A stretch of 64,000 bases of DNA from Deltaproteobacteria bacterium (GTDB lineage Bacteria; Myxococcota_C; UBA6777): assembly GCA_002731275.1 (NCBI GenBank), contig PCBK01000189.1, positions 61,888-125,887 on the forward strand, written 5' to 3'. The translations under genes were made by a program, and so were the position numbers. The notes under the pieces are model-generated. The model worked only from the letters and a program-made list of their open reading frames with translations, did not search any database and had not been told where the DNA came from. Below are positions 18,239 to 27,540 of this stretch, one piece after another. How positions within the stretch are numbered: position 1 is the stretch's first letter; every line of letters begins with the position of its first letter.

Positions 18239-20839
18239 TCAAGGAGTCTTGCATCCACCAGGATAGAAGCCAGAACAGCGCACAGATTCGCGCCACGTCG
18301 TCTTGGTGCCTGTTGCGTTGTTCTTTCCGATCTGATCTTTGAGTGAGGTTCCAGTGTTCTCATCCATCAACCAGAGTCCCAGCGTATCAGCCGTCTTGGT
18401 CATCGTGCAAGGAGGTGTGAAGTCCGCTGTATAAGCGGCTTTCTTGGAGATACGTATCCCTCCCATATGACCATAAAAGCGCCAACTCGAACGTGCGACC
18501 TTGCCGACATCCGCTTCGGCACCAAACAACAGTGGGACGCCCTTCGTGTAAGATATCGTGTCTGCTGCAGCTTTTGTATCTCCGACCTTTTTCCCATCGA
18601 CGTACAAGCGCAGCTCCTTTCCATCAAATGTACCGGCGATATGGACCCACTTATTCGCGGTGATCAAGCCCGCATATTTCACGCGCAATGTCGTGTAAGA
18701 GCGCCCATTGAGTGGACGCACGAGGAAGGAGAGCTGCCCTCTCGTCTGACGTGAATAGTCAATATACATCCCATACCCACCGGACTGAGCTTTTGAGATC
18801 AGCGTCTGCGCAACGGCCTGATTGGTTCGGAAGAAGTAAAACCAACCTTCAATCGTCAGGCCACCAGTAGGTTCAAAGTCCGTACCGGTCCCCACATCGA
18901 CATGGCTTGTCCTCCCATCGAAAGACAAGGCATACTGTGTCTTTTCATCGACAATACCGTCACAATCATTATCCTTTGAGTCTGCACAAATTTCCTGTGT
19001 TGGCTTGCTCTCTCCAACACAATCAGTCCATTTGCCGCTCGTACAGGTCTGTTGGCCGTCTTTACACTCACCTTTGCCTTGTGAAGCTTGTGAGCCAGAA
19101 TAACAAGCGCGACTCTCTCCTTCTTTCGTGCATGTACACGTCTCATCGATCGCGCCGTCACAATCGTTATCCTTCCCATCGCACTTGGTCTCGCTCTTTT
19201 CGTAGTCAGCACCATATTGTGCCGCAGTGCAGGCGACCCACTGACCTTTTTCACATGCCTGCTTGGCGACTCCACAGATACCATTCCAAAGAACACATGA
19301 CGGGGGATTTTTTGGCGCGTTATCGACTTGACCATCGCAGTCATCATCACGGCCATTACACGATTCATCCTTTGGCAAGACCTCCCCAGCACATGCTCCC
19401 CAAGTGCTGTTTGCGCAGGTTTGCTTACCCTTCGCACAGTCCCCAACACCTGCGAGCTTTGGATCTCCAGTGTAACAATCTCGCTGATCACCATCCTGGC
19501 AATCGGGACAATTCTCTTCAGAATCGGGTTTACCGTCGCAATCGTCGTCCTCACCGTTAAAGCACACCTCTTGGTCTGTCGGCTTCAGCTCGCCTTCACA
19601 AGCCCCCCAGAACCCATCGATACAGGTCTGCTCTCCGCCTTTACAACGTCCCACATCTTTTGTACCAGCGGGTCCTGTGTAACAGGGTCTCTTTTCGCCG
19701 CTTTGGCACTCAGCATCGAGCGCCTGAATGCTGATAATCGTTCCGCCCTTCCCTACGATGATCCCCATCTCTTTGGAGTGGACATCGATATCATAGAGAT
19801 CGGAGAAGGCTTCGCGTGCTTCGTTGCTCCACGTTTTTCCAGCATCTCGTGTGCCGTAAAGCAATCCATCTTTGCCGATCAACCACCCGCGCTCCTTGCC
19901 AAGAAAGTGGATACCGTAAATCGTCGACGTTGTCGGTGACTTTTGATTGCTCCAACCTTCCCCTGCGTTGATGCTTTTAAACAGCAGCCCACCTTCTCCA
20001 GCCGCCCAACCATTTTGAGCATCGGAAAAATGAACATCCCAAAAAACGCTGGTTGTCCCAGTGACCGCAGACGTGACGGTCTGGGCTCCATCCCGCGTCA
20101 ACACGATCGCACCAGATGAACCTGCGACCAATCCGCTTTTATCATCGAAGAAATACATCCCGTGAAGGTCGATGTTTGTCGAACCAGAAGTCGACTGCCA
20201 ACTATCTCCCCCTGTTCGCGTGCGAAGCAAGGCAAAACCATCCCCAACGGCGTAACCACGGTTCTTATCCAAAAAGACGATCTTATAGAGCGTCTCAGAG
20301 ACGGGTACAGTCGACTTCTTCCAGGTCACACCACCATCAGTCGTACGAAGCATCACCCCCTGTGTCCCGACAACCCAGCCATTTTGATCGTCGATAAATG
20401 AGACCGCTCTCAGATCGGCATCTGTGCCAGAGGTTTGTTTTTTCCAGGTCACGCCAGCGTCGCTACTATGGAGGATCATACCTTTGGCTCCGACGACCCA
20501 TGCCAACTTCGATGTCGGCGCTGAGACGCCGAACAAGTCGACTGTCACACCAGAGGTCGCAGGAGACCAGTCATAGGCTTTGTTCTTCTTCTCGGGAGGT
20601 GCTGTGTCTGCGATCTTTTCGACAACTTTCTCAGGTGAAGTCTTCTCACCAGCATCGGCTGTGTTTGTCTCGTCTCCTCCGTCTGTATTGGTTTGCTCAA
20701 CACATGCACCACTCTGACAAACCTTTCCAGTAGGGCATGGCTGGGTATCACTACAAGCGGTCTCCGAAGGACTACACGCGCCCCACAAAAGTAGCAGCCC
20801 TACCATACACACAAACAGGCACTTGGACATTCTCTTCAT
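18239..20839 (-). CDS. Large lipoprotein: YCF48/BNR-like beta-propeller, Cys-rich metal-binding-type repeats, C-terminal LamG/concanavalin-like domain
   Basis: Lipobox WGAC; about 6 repeats of W..SGT..L..V.F.D...GW.VG..G...T.DGG.TW; four E.C.G.D.DCDG..D repeats; LamG motifs TIEGWF, WVHIAGTFDG..RLYVDG. Confidence 0.85.
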   Translation of the reverse strand: MKRMSKCLFVCMVGLLLLWGACSPSETACSDTQPCPTGKVCQSGACVEQTNTDGGDETNTADAGEKTSPEKVVEKIADTAPPEKKNKAYDWSPATSGVTVDLFGVSAPTSKLAWVVGAKGMILHSSDAGVTWKKQTSGTDADLRAVSFIDDQNGWVVGTQGVMLRTTDGGVTWKKSTVPVSETLYKIVFLDKNRGYAVGDGFALLRTRTGGDSWQSTSGSTNIDLHGMYFFDDKSGLVAGSSGAIVLTRDGAQTVTSAVTGTTSVFWDVHFSDAQNGWAAGEGGLLFKSINAGEGWSNQKSPTTSTIYGIHFLGKERGWLIGKDGLLYGTRDAGKTWSNEAREAFSDLYDIDVHSKEMGIIVGKGGTIISIQALDAECQSGEKRPCYTGPAGTKDVGRCKGGEQTCIDGFWGACEGELKPTDQEVCFNGEDDDCDGKPDSEENCPDCQDGDQRDCYTGDPKLAGVGDCAKGKQTCANSTWGACAGEVLPKDESCNGRDDDCDGQVDNAPKNPPSCVLWNGICGVAKQACEKGQWVACTAAQYGADYEKSETKCDGKDNDCDGAIDETCTCTKEGESRACYSGSQASQGKGECKDGQQTCTSGKWTDCVGESKPTQEICADSKDNDCDGIVDEKTQYALSFDGRTSHVDVGTGTDFEPTGGLTIEGWFYFFRTNQAVAQTLISKAQSGGYGMYIDYSRQTRGQLSFLVRPLNGRSYTTLRVKYAGLITANKWVHIAGTFDGKELRLYVDGKKVGDTKAAADTISYTKGVPLLFGAEADVGKVARSSWRFYGHMGGIRISKKAAYTADFTPPCTMTKTADTLGLWLMDENTGTSLKDQIGKNNATGTKTTWRESVRCSGFYPGGCKTP

Positions 20840-21142
20840 TTTTAACAAACCTTTCGCCTTCATCAACAAGGACAACCAGCTCCTGGAAAGAAACGATCCT
20901 TGGAGAGCGGATATACGCAGACACAAAAATGATGTTCTTTTGCTCGTAGCAATCAAACATACCACATGGAAGGAAAAACGGTCATTTCCTCCTCATCTCC
21001 ATCAATCAGTGTAAACACAAAACAAATCAAAAAGGTGCAGAAATAGTCAAAAGCTTGTATTCTTGTGACATGATCAGCCCTGTGGTACCATGCCTCTGTT
21101 AAACGAGTAAAAGCTGACCACACAAACAAGAGGTGTATACAG

Positions 21143-22258
21143 GTGACCAGACAGCTTCGCTTTACCCTCAAGTATGGGGCAATCATTCTATACAGCCTGT
21201 GCATACTTGTGAGCTTACAGAGACCATCCCTTGCGAACTCATCGAAAGCCTGCTCTTACCTCTTCCAGGACGGTCTCCATCTCAAAGCCGCGATCTGCTT
21301 TCGAAACAGAGCCAACAAACTCCCACCAGGCAACAAGCTCTCCAGGATCCAAAAGAAGGTCAAAGCTCTCTACTTAAAAAACGCGTCAGCCGCGTTTTTA
21401 AGCGCTGCCAAGAAAGAAACCAACAAGAAAAAACAACTCTATCTCAAAGAGCTCTCCGTGAAAGTCCTCGCACGCTATCTCAAAGAAGGACTCTGCACAA
21501 ACGCATACAACTGCAAATTAATACGCCAGCAACAACTCTTGACCAAAGGCGAAATCGGATACGCAAGTCTCGCGATGGTCGGTGGGAAAGAGGAACAACG
21601 TGCGACCGTCAAGATCCTCGGCTACAAGTACAAAAAAGTCATCAAAATGCCACCAAACTGGGCAGGAAAACTGCGGCCAGGACAATACGATGTGCTCGTC
21701 TTCTACTATGGGAACTTCGTCAAAAAATGGACCCTCACCCTCAACCCTTCAGAGAGTAAGGTGCTCGCGTTGCCCAGCCCCGAAACAAAGACAAACACAC
21801 CTCCCCGCAGGCACGTCGCGGTCATCCCACGCCGACAACAACCTCCAGTCAAACGCACCACTCCCAAACAGACCAACTTCGCGCCCTTCATCATCATGGG
21901 TATTGGTGCGGTCGCTCTCATTGGCGGAGGATTGACGACGGTTCTCGGCCTCTTCGATAACTTCGAAGCAGAGAACATTATCAAAACAAAGAGCGCAGCA
22001 GCCCAAACCTTTGTAGACAAAAACAAAGGCGCCGATCCACCGGCGTCTCTTCCCTACGAGCTCACCCCCAACGTCTATAGACAACAGGCACTCTCCAAAA
22101 CAACAGAACGCGATCTCAAATACGCCGTTGGATTGGGGCTCGTCGGTGCAGGTATCATAGGCCTCGGGCTCGGCGCCTTCCTCTCGCTCCCCCCAGCCAA
22201 ACAAAGTATCTCCTCGGCCCCCCCACACAACACCTCCACTTTCCACACATCTTTTTAA
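21143..22258 (+). CDS. Hypothetical exported/membrane protein (helical N-terminus, PEGA-like beta domain, C-terminal TM helices)
   Basis: Signal peptide; LRPGQYDVLV segment; two Gly-rich hydrophobic segments near the C-terminus; GTG start with GAGG SD. Confidence 0.65.
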   Translation: MTRQLRFTLKYGAIILYSLCILVSLQRPSLANSSKACSYLFQDGLHLKAAICFRNRANKLPPGNKLSRIQKKVKALYLKNASAAFLSAAKKETNKKKQLYLKELSVKVLARYLKEGLCTNAYNCKLIRQQQLLTKGEIGYASLAMVGGKEEQRATVKILGYKYKKVIKMPPNWAGKLRPGQYDVLVFYYGNFVKKWTLTLNPSESKVLALPSPETKTNTPPRRHVAVIPRRQQPPVKRTTPKQTNFAPFIIMGIGAVALIGGGLTTVLGLFDNFEAENIIKTKSAAAQTFVDKNKGADPPASLPYELTPNVYRQQALSKTTERDLKYAVGLGLVGAGIIGLGLGAFLSLPPAKQSISSAPPHNTSTFHTSF

Positions 22259-22376
22259 ACACACGACATCACTTCTCCCCCACAACAAGCAGCCTTCTAT
22301 TTGCCAAAGCACGATCACGGGATTATCTTCGTATGGAGCGTCTGACCACAGCGCCTACCCAAAGGAGAATAACCAC

Positions 22377-22973
22377 ATGATCAGTCAGGAAGAATGGGTG
22401 CTCGCCTCCGCCTCTCCTAGAAGAGTTGAACTGTTGAGTCGGTTGGGGATATCTTTTCGCAAACAACCTTCACACTCAGAAGAGCCTTCTCCGAAGCCCA
22501 ATGAAAAACCCGAAGAATACGCGATTCGAAGCGCCGCCCACAAAGCAGAAGATGTACAATCCACTCTTCCACATCATGCGATATGGTTGCTAGCAGCAGA
22601 CACGATCGTCGTGCTCGATGAGCACATCCTCGGCAAACCAACAGACGAAGACCATGCATTTGACATGCTCTCACGCCTGCAAGGGCGTTCCCATGAAGTC
22701 TACACAGCCTTCGCGCTTTATCACAAGCAACGTGGTATCGCTCACACCGAAGCTGTCCAAACACGTGTCTGGTTTCGCCCTCTCACACCTGCACAAATCA
22801 GACGCTATATCGCGACCGGTGAGCCCATGGATAAAGCCGGAGCATACGGCATTCAAGGACGCGGAAGCGCGCTCGTCCGACGCGTCGAAGGATGTTACTT
22901 CAACGTCGTAGGACTTCCTCTTAATCGACTCGCCGAAGCCATTGAAGACCTCGGCGCAGGACAGCTCATTTAA
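22377..22973 (+). CDS. maf: Maf family nucleoside triphosphate pyrophosphatase
   Basis: VLASASPRRVELL, AADTIVV, ILGKP and DKAGAYGIQG motifs. Confidence 0.95.
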   Translation: MISQEEWVLASASPRRVELLSRLGISFRKQPSHSEEPSPKPNEKPEEYAIRSAAHKAEDVQSTLPHHAIWLLAADTIVVLDEHILGKPTDEDHAFDMLSRLQGRSHEVYTAFALYHKQRGIAHTEAVQTRVWFRPLTPAQIRRYIATGEPMDKAGAYGIQGRGSALVRRVEGCYFNVVGLPLNRLAEAIEDLGAGQLI

Positions 22974-23000
22974 GACCTATATATAATGAAGGAGAGATCT

Positions 23001-23693
23001 ATGGGAGCTATCGCTGAACGGTTCAATCAAGTCAAACAACGCATTCAGATCGCTTGCGATCATGCCAATCGTTCTGCCGATGAAATCACCCTCCTCGCGA
23101 TCTCCAAAACACAGCCTGTCGAGGCCCTCTTGGAGGTTTGGCAAGAAGGTCAATCGTGCTTTGGAGAGAATTACGTCCAAGAATGGCGTTCCAAATACGA
23201 AGCGCTACACACACTGGAAAGCGAAGGACTGACCTGGCACTTTACAGGTCGATTACAACGAAATAAGTGCAAGTATCTCGCGGGAAAGGTCGGTCTGATC
23301 CATACAATCGACTCACTCTCTCTCCTCAAAGAGGTTGAAAAACGTACTCCAGAAGGACACACACAGGATGTCCTCATACAACTCAACCTCGCACAAGAAG
23401 AGAGCAAGTCAGGGTTTCAAACAATAGAAGAACTCCGATCTATTTTTCAGCCTGAGACTCCATGGAAACGTATCAAGCTCTGTGGACTCATGACCATCCC
23501 ACCACAAGGCACAGAAGAAGAAACACGCGCACATTTTCGGCAGATCAAACAAGCCCAACAAACGCTGCAATCACAGTATGCAATTGAACTTCCAGAACTT
23601 TCGATGGGGATGAGCGGTGATCTGGAGATCGCGATCGAAGAAGGTGCGACTATCATACGGGTAGGCACAGCCATTTTTGGCCAAAGGAAGTAA
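23001..23693 (+). CDS. yggS: PLP homeostasis protein YggS
   Basis: LLAISKT, FGENYVQE, WHFTGRLQRNK, LSMGMSGD and IRVGTAIFG motifs. Confidence 0.95.
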   Translation: MGAIAERFNQVKQRIQIACDHANRSADEITLLAISKTQPVEALLEVWQEGQSCFGENYVQEWRSKYEALHTLESEGLTWHFTGRLQRNKCKYLAGKVGLIHTIDSLSLLKEVEKRTPEGHTQDVLIQLNLAQEESKSGFQTIEELRSIFQPETPWKRIKLCGLMTIPPQGTEEETRAHFRQIKQAQQTLQSQYAIELPELSMGMSGDLEIAIEEGATIIRVGTAIFGQRK

Positions 23694-23703
23694 AGGAGAC
23701 GAT

Positions 23704-24723
23704 ATGCTCCACATGCGACGCCAACTCATCAGACTCAGTCTGTTTATCCTCCTGTTTGCGATGCCGACATTCGCAACCGGCTCAACAGCAACGACGACCA
23801 AACAGACACCTCACTTTCGCTTTCAGTACCCGCACAAGTGGTCTGGTATCGCGATGTATCTCTTGAAACGAGCTGAGAAAGATCTTCAAGATATCGAAGG
23901 TTTGATGGGTTACAAACTCAAAGGGACGCTTGAGGTTCGCTTGGCGACAGGTGGGAAAACCTATGCCGAGATCCAACCGGGACGGTGGAATCCTCACGCA
24001 TGGGTCGCGGGGCTTGCCTATCCTCGCAAAGGATTGATGACGATCAAAATCCGCGCGATAGATGGTCCAGCAGGCATCCACCAAACGTTCCGACATGAAT
24101 TGAGCCACCTGCTGCTCGCGAGAGCCGCATCATATCGCACTATGCCGCTCTGGTTTGTCGAAGGCGTTGCGATGATCCAATCCGATGATATCGGAGGATT
24201 CGATCGATACACGATGCTCTCACAAGCCCACCTGACAGGCGTCTTACCCCATCCAGAGAGTTTACAGACCTCCTTCCCAACAAGCGGAAATGCAGTGCAA
24301 GTCGCGTATGCGACGAGCACCGCATTCTTAATGTTTCTCCAGAAAAACAACCCCTCTCTGATCAAACATATCCTACAAAGGATCAGAAAAGGTGAGACCT
24401 TTATGAAGTCTCTTACAGGAGAATACGGATTTGTTTGGAAGGAGATCATGAGGCAATGGAAAGACCATCTCGATCACCATTACTCCTGGATCCCTCTCTT
24501 GTCGAGTTCATCATTCCTTTGGCTGATCGCGGCCTTCTTCTTTGTCTTTGTATACCTCCGTGTGCGCAGGCGCAAAAAAGAGCAGATGGCGACACTTGAG
24601 GATGAACTTACACCAACCAAAGAGACGTTTACCCCTTATATACCGACATCTCCGCAACATCCAAATGGTGAATCCATCTTCGACGAAGACAGATCGACAA
24701 AAAATGTCACAGGATCTTCGTGA
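23704..24723 (+). CDS. Peptidase MA-like zinc metallohydrolase, membrane-anchored
   Basis: Signal peptide; HELSH plus PLWFVEGVA gluzincin-type motifs; C-terminal TM helix followed by a basic stretch. Confidence 0.8.
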   Translation: MLHMRRQLIRLSLFILLFAMPTFATGSTATTTKQTPHFRFQYPHKWSGIAMYLLKRAEKDLQDIEGLMGYKLKGTLEVRLATGGKTYAEIQPGRWNPHAWVAGLAYPRKGLMTIKIRAIDGPAGIHQTFRHELSHLLLARAASYRTMPLWFVEGVAMIQSDDIGGFDRYTMLSQAHLTGVLPHPESLQTSFPTSGNAVQVAYATSTAFLMFLQKNNPSLIKHILQRIRKGETFMKSLTGEYGFVWKEIMRQWKDHLDHHYSWIPLLSSSSFLWLIAAFFFVFVYLRVRRRKKEQMATLEDELTPTKETFTPYIPTSPQHPNGESIFDEDRSTKNVTGSS

Positions 24724-24778
24724 GTGACAAAAATTGTCACCTCAAACCCCCTCCAAAGTGACAAAAATTGTCACCTCA
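24694..24778. promoter_or_regulatory. Three palindromic enhancer boxes (probable PilR binding sites) upstream of pilA
   Basis: GTGACAAAAATTGTCAC at 24724-24740 and 24758-24774, each inside an exact 22-bp direct repeat; degenerate copy TCGACAAAAAATGTCAC at 24694-24710. Confidence 0.75.
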
Positions 24779-24868
24779 CCGAAACGCCATAAAAAAGCGA
24801 CTTTGCAAAAAAACATAAAACACTGATATGCAACAATAAACGAATCACTCAACTTTAGCCATCAAAGG

Positions 24869-24884
24869 TGGTACAGTTTGTGCT
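24869..24884 (+). promoter_or_regulatory. sigma54 (-24/-12) promoter of pilA
   Basis: TGGTACAGTTTGTGCT with GG at 24870-71 and GC at 24882-83, the exact GG-N10-GC spacing. Confidence 0.8.
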
Positions 24885-24957
24885 TAAGAGAAAAGGCATA
24901 ATGCTTTTTGACACTCATGATAATGAGCTCACCCCCATTTCTACTCAGGAGAGTAAC

Positions 24958-25506
24958 ATGTTGATGAAACTCCGTAATTTCAAATCCAAAAAAGGTTTTA
25001 CCCTTATCGAACTCATGATCGTTGTTGCGATCATCGGTATTCTCGCAGCAGTCGCGATTCCTGCGTTCTTGCGCTTCATCCGTAAGTCCAAGACTTCCGA
25101 AGCTGCCATCAACATCAAAGCTATCATGGACGGTGCGGTTGCATACTTCGATGATGAGCACACTGACGCGAATGGTAACCCCACAGCCAAACAATTCCCC
25201 TCCCCTAACCTGACAACTCCAAGTGGAACTCTTTGTGCCGGTGGTCAAGTTCTCTTCGCAAAGAACACTTCACAGTGGAACGTCTCCCCATGGAAAGAGT
25301 TGAAGTTTGGTATCACCAAAGCGAACTACTACAAGTACGCTTACACCACAACAGGTACTGGTAAAAACTCCACATTCACTGTTGATGCAAGTGCTGACCT
25401 CGACTGCGATGGAACAGCTTCTTCCTACAAACAATTCGCAACTGTCGACCCAACTTCTGGTGAAGTTGACCGCGGTCAGCTCATCATCACAGACGGACTT
25501 GAGTAA
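24958..25506 (+). CDS. pilA: Type IVa major pilin
   Basis: Class III signal KKG/FTLIELMIVVAIIGILAAVAIP; KSKTSEA; C-terminal DLDCDG; AGGAG SD; own terminator. Confidence 0.93.
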   Translation: MLMKLRNFKSKKGFTLIELMIVVAIIGILAAVAIPAFLRFIRKSKTSEAAINIKAIMDGAVAYFDDEHTDANGNPTAKQFPSPNLTTPSGTLCAGGQVLFAKNTSQWNVSPWKELKFGITKANYYKYAYTTTGTGKNSTFTVDASADLDCDGTASSYKQFATVDPTSGEVDRGQLIITDGLE

Positions 25507-25548
25507 TCACAACTCAATCCCCCCTTTACCTCTCCTTTGAGGTATATT

Positions 25549-25582
25549 AAAACCTTCCCAAGTACTGGGAAGGTTTTTTTTT
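25549..25582 (+). terminator. Rho-independent terminator after pilA
   Basis: AAAACCTTCCCA-AGTAC-TGGGAAGGTTTT plus T-tract; preceded by a small hairpin TACCTC/GAGGTA at 25527-25544. Confidence 0.85.
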
Positions 25583-25632
25583 GCTTTTTAGGGTACAAAG
25601 AGTTTTGCGCGCTTTGTCAGAAGGAACACAAG

Positions 25633-26625
25633 ATGCAAATGAGTCCATTTGAAAGTCCGGTTGTACAAAAAACGCTCGCCATCGCGCTTATCTTGTTTTG
25701 TCTTGGTGGTGTTGTCTCCGCAAGACAAGATCTTGCGCTCTTTGAGTTGGGTCGCCCACACAAGGGGCAGCACTTGTATTACCTGCCCCCTGCAAAAACA
25801 CTTCGCCGGTTGTCACTTGGTTTTACAACAACGGCGGCTGACCTGATTTGGATCCGTGCTTTGCTGTATGTAGGCTCTCATTTCAACAAAGAGCGAGGGG
25901 ACATTGCTTGGGTTGGAAAGTACGCGCAAACCATCACAACATTGGATCCCAAGTTTAAATACGCCTACCGCTGGGGCGCAGCCTTGTTGCTTTACAACCG
26001 CCACAAGACCAACCGCACGCACACAAAAAAAAGCATTGCAATACTCAAAAAGGGGTACAAACACTTTCCAGAGAGCTTCGAATTCGCGAGAGCCTTGGGG
26101 ATGAGCTATCTTTTCGAGATCAAATTACTCCCACGCACAGGACCGGAGCTCCTTCAGGATCATCAGGAGTTTTGTAAACAACCGGCGCCAAAAGGACTCA
26201 AGAGAATAGAGCTGATCAAAAAAATCAAACGATGTTTGCGGAAGATCGCAGCCAACTACATCATGGAAGCCGCAGCCAAAAAAGATGCCCCCAACCATCT
26301 CGCGATCCTTGCAGCCAGGATCATGAGAAAAGAAGGCTCAAAGCAGTCGGCGATCTGTGATCACCTTCTCGATGTCTTGTGGAAAGCCCCCAACAAAAAA
26401 ATGAGACAACACATACGAAGCCGACTGAATATGTACTGTGGCAGAAAAGAACTGGGTGGGTTCATTTGCGAAGAGAAACAGTTTCACACGAGGTGGTATC
26501 GCTCGTTTCCGTACTTGACACCTTCCCTTTACACACTCATCGACATACCACAATCCTCCACCAAGAAGACCCCCTTCACTTTAGAGACCTACCTCAAAAA
26601 CAGTCAGTCCCCATGCCGCAAGTAG
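25633..26625 (+). CDS. Pilin-associated accessory protein (myxobacterial PilG / Geobacter XapA-like, TPR-like)
   Basis: N-terminal TM; YLPPAKTLRRLSLGF...AADLIWIRAL and ITTLDPKFKYAY motifs; directly downstream of pilA. Confidence 0.7.
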   Translation: MQMSPFESPVVQKTLAIALILFCLGGVVSARQDLALFELGRPHKGQHLYYLPPAKTLRRLSLGFTTTAADLIWIRALLYVGSHFNKERGDIAWVGKYAQTITTLDPKFKYAYRWGAALLLYNRHKTNRTHTKKSIAILKKGYKHFPESFEFARALGMSYLFEIKLLPRTGPELLQDHQEFCKQPAPKGLKRIELIKKIKRCLRKIAANYIMEAAAKKDAPNHLAILAARIMRKEGSKQSAICDHLLDVLWKAPNKKMRQHIRSRLNMYCGRKELGGFICEEKQFHTRWYRSFPYLTPSLYTLIDIPQSSTKKTPFTLETYLKNSQSPCRK

Positions 26626-26794
26626 AGAATCCTCCCCAAGCTCAACACAGAGCAAACTGAATCCGAGCAGAAAAGTTCAAAAAGACATTCACTTACACAG
26701 ATGCAATGAGGCGTTGGTTTATCCGAACATGGGGGATTGCTTTGTTTGGGTATGAAGAGTGTAGACTTGTCTGAATGCAGTGGGGGAGAGGCGT

Positions 26795-27364
26795 TTATTT
26801 TGTATTGGGGTTTCCAAAGACACGACCACCAAAACGCTCTGAGCCGGAGATCCCAAAAGAGAGGAAGGACTTGTTTGACGTCGTTAAGGAACCACAAGAA
26901 TTCCCAACGAGATTACCATAGGCACATGCAACAAACCAGTCTCCACGTGTCGCGGTTGGGTAGTGCAATCCAGTGTTGATCGCGCCGACACAGCTTGGGA
27001 GTGTCGTTTTGTTGTCGTTTGCGTGTACAAAGTACTGGAAGTATGTACCGGGTGTCGCAGGTCGGAATCCCAACGCATTCCACTCGGCGTCAGTCGCCAG
27101 CCATGTTTGCTGACTCCCACCACACGGCATAGCGGTGGGGTTTTTTTTGCTTGTTGTCAGATAGCTCCGAAATTCCAAGTAATACGCCTTCTCTTTCATT
27201 GCGATTTGTGGAAGCATGGTCCGTGCTTCTTGCATTTTCACATTTCGAATGTATCGAGTATACGAAGGAACCGCAACTGCAGCGAGGATACCAATGACGA
27301 TGACTGTCACCATCAATTCTGTTAGTGTAAAACCAGCTTGTTGTTTACGTGGGCAAGCCATCAT
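26795..27364 (-). CDS. Second type IV pilin (minor or alternative pilin)
   Basis: QQAG/FTLTELMVTVIVIGILAAVAVPSY prepilin motif with E5; four Cys in the mature part; GGAGG SD. Confidence 0.88.
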   Translation of the reverse strand: MMACPRKQQAGFTLTELMVTVIVIGILAAVAVPSYTRYIRNVKMQEARTMLPQIAMKEKAYYLEFRSYLTTSKKNPTAMPCGGSQQTWLATDAEWNALGFRPATPGTYFQYFVHANDNKTTLPSCVGAINTGLHYPTATRGDWFVACAYGNLVGNSCGSLTTSNKSFLSFGISGSERFGGRVFGNPNTK

Positions 27365-27399
27365 TACCTCCTGAAGATTGGAAAGATATTTGGTGTAGA

Positions 27400-27428
27400 A
27401 GTATACCAAACTCGGGTGCATTTGTCGA
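27400..27428 (-). promoter_or_regulatory. sigma70-type promoter of the second pilin
   Basis: Minus strand TCGACA-N17-TATACT with extended -10 TG (TGGTATACT). Confidence 0.55.
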
Positions 27429-27540
27429 ACGGGTTTATGACAATAAAAAATAGTTTCAATCACGCCAACCTATGGAGTTTTTAGTCAATAAAAGGCTCAT
27501 TTATGAGAATCGTCTGGCTCATTTTTATGGACGCTTTGTA

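Noticed and set aside
24723-24778. 22-bp direct repeat as a mini CRISPR array or IS end
   Set aside because: Only two exact copies with a 12-bp spacer and no cas or transposase gene; better explained as activator binding sites.
24958-27364. Moraxella-style invertible pilin switch (two opposed pilins about 2.4 kb apart with a gene between)
   Set aside because: The N-terminal coding regions differ at many synonymous positions (longest identity I found is about 8 bp, GGTTTTAC). Both genes have their own start and promoter, and no invertase is nearby.
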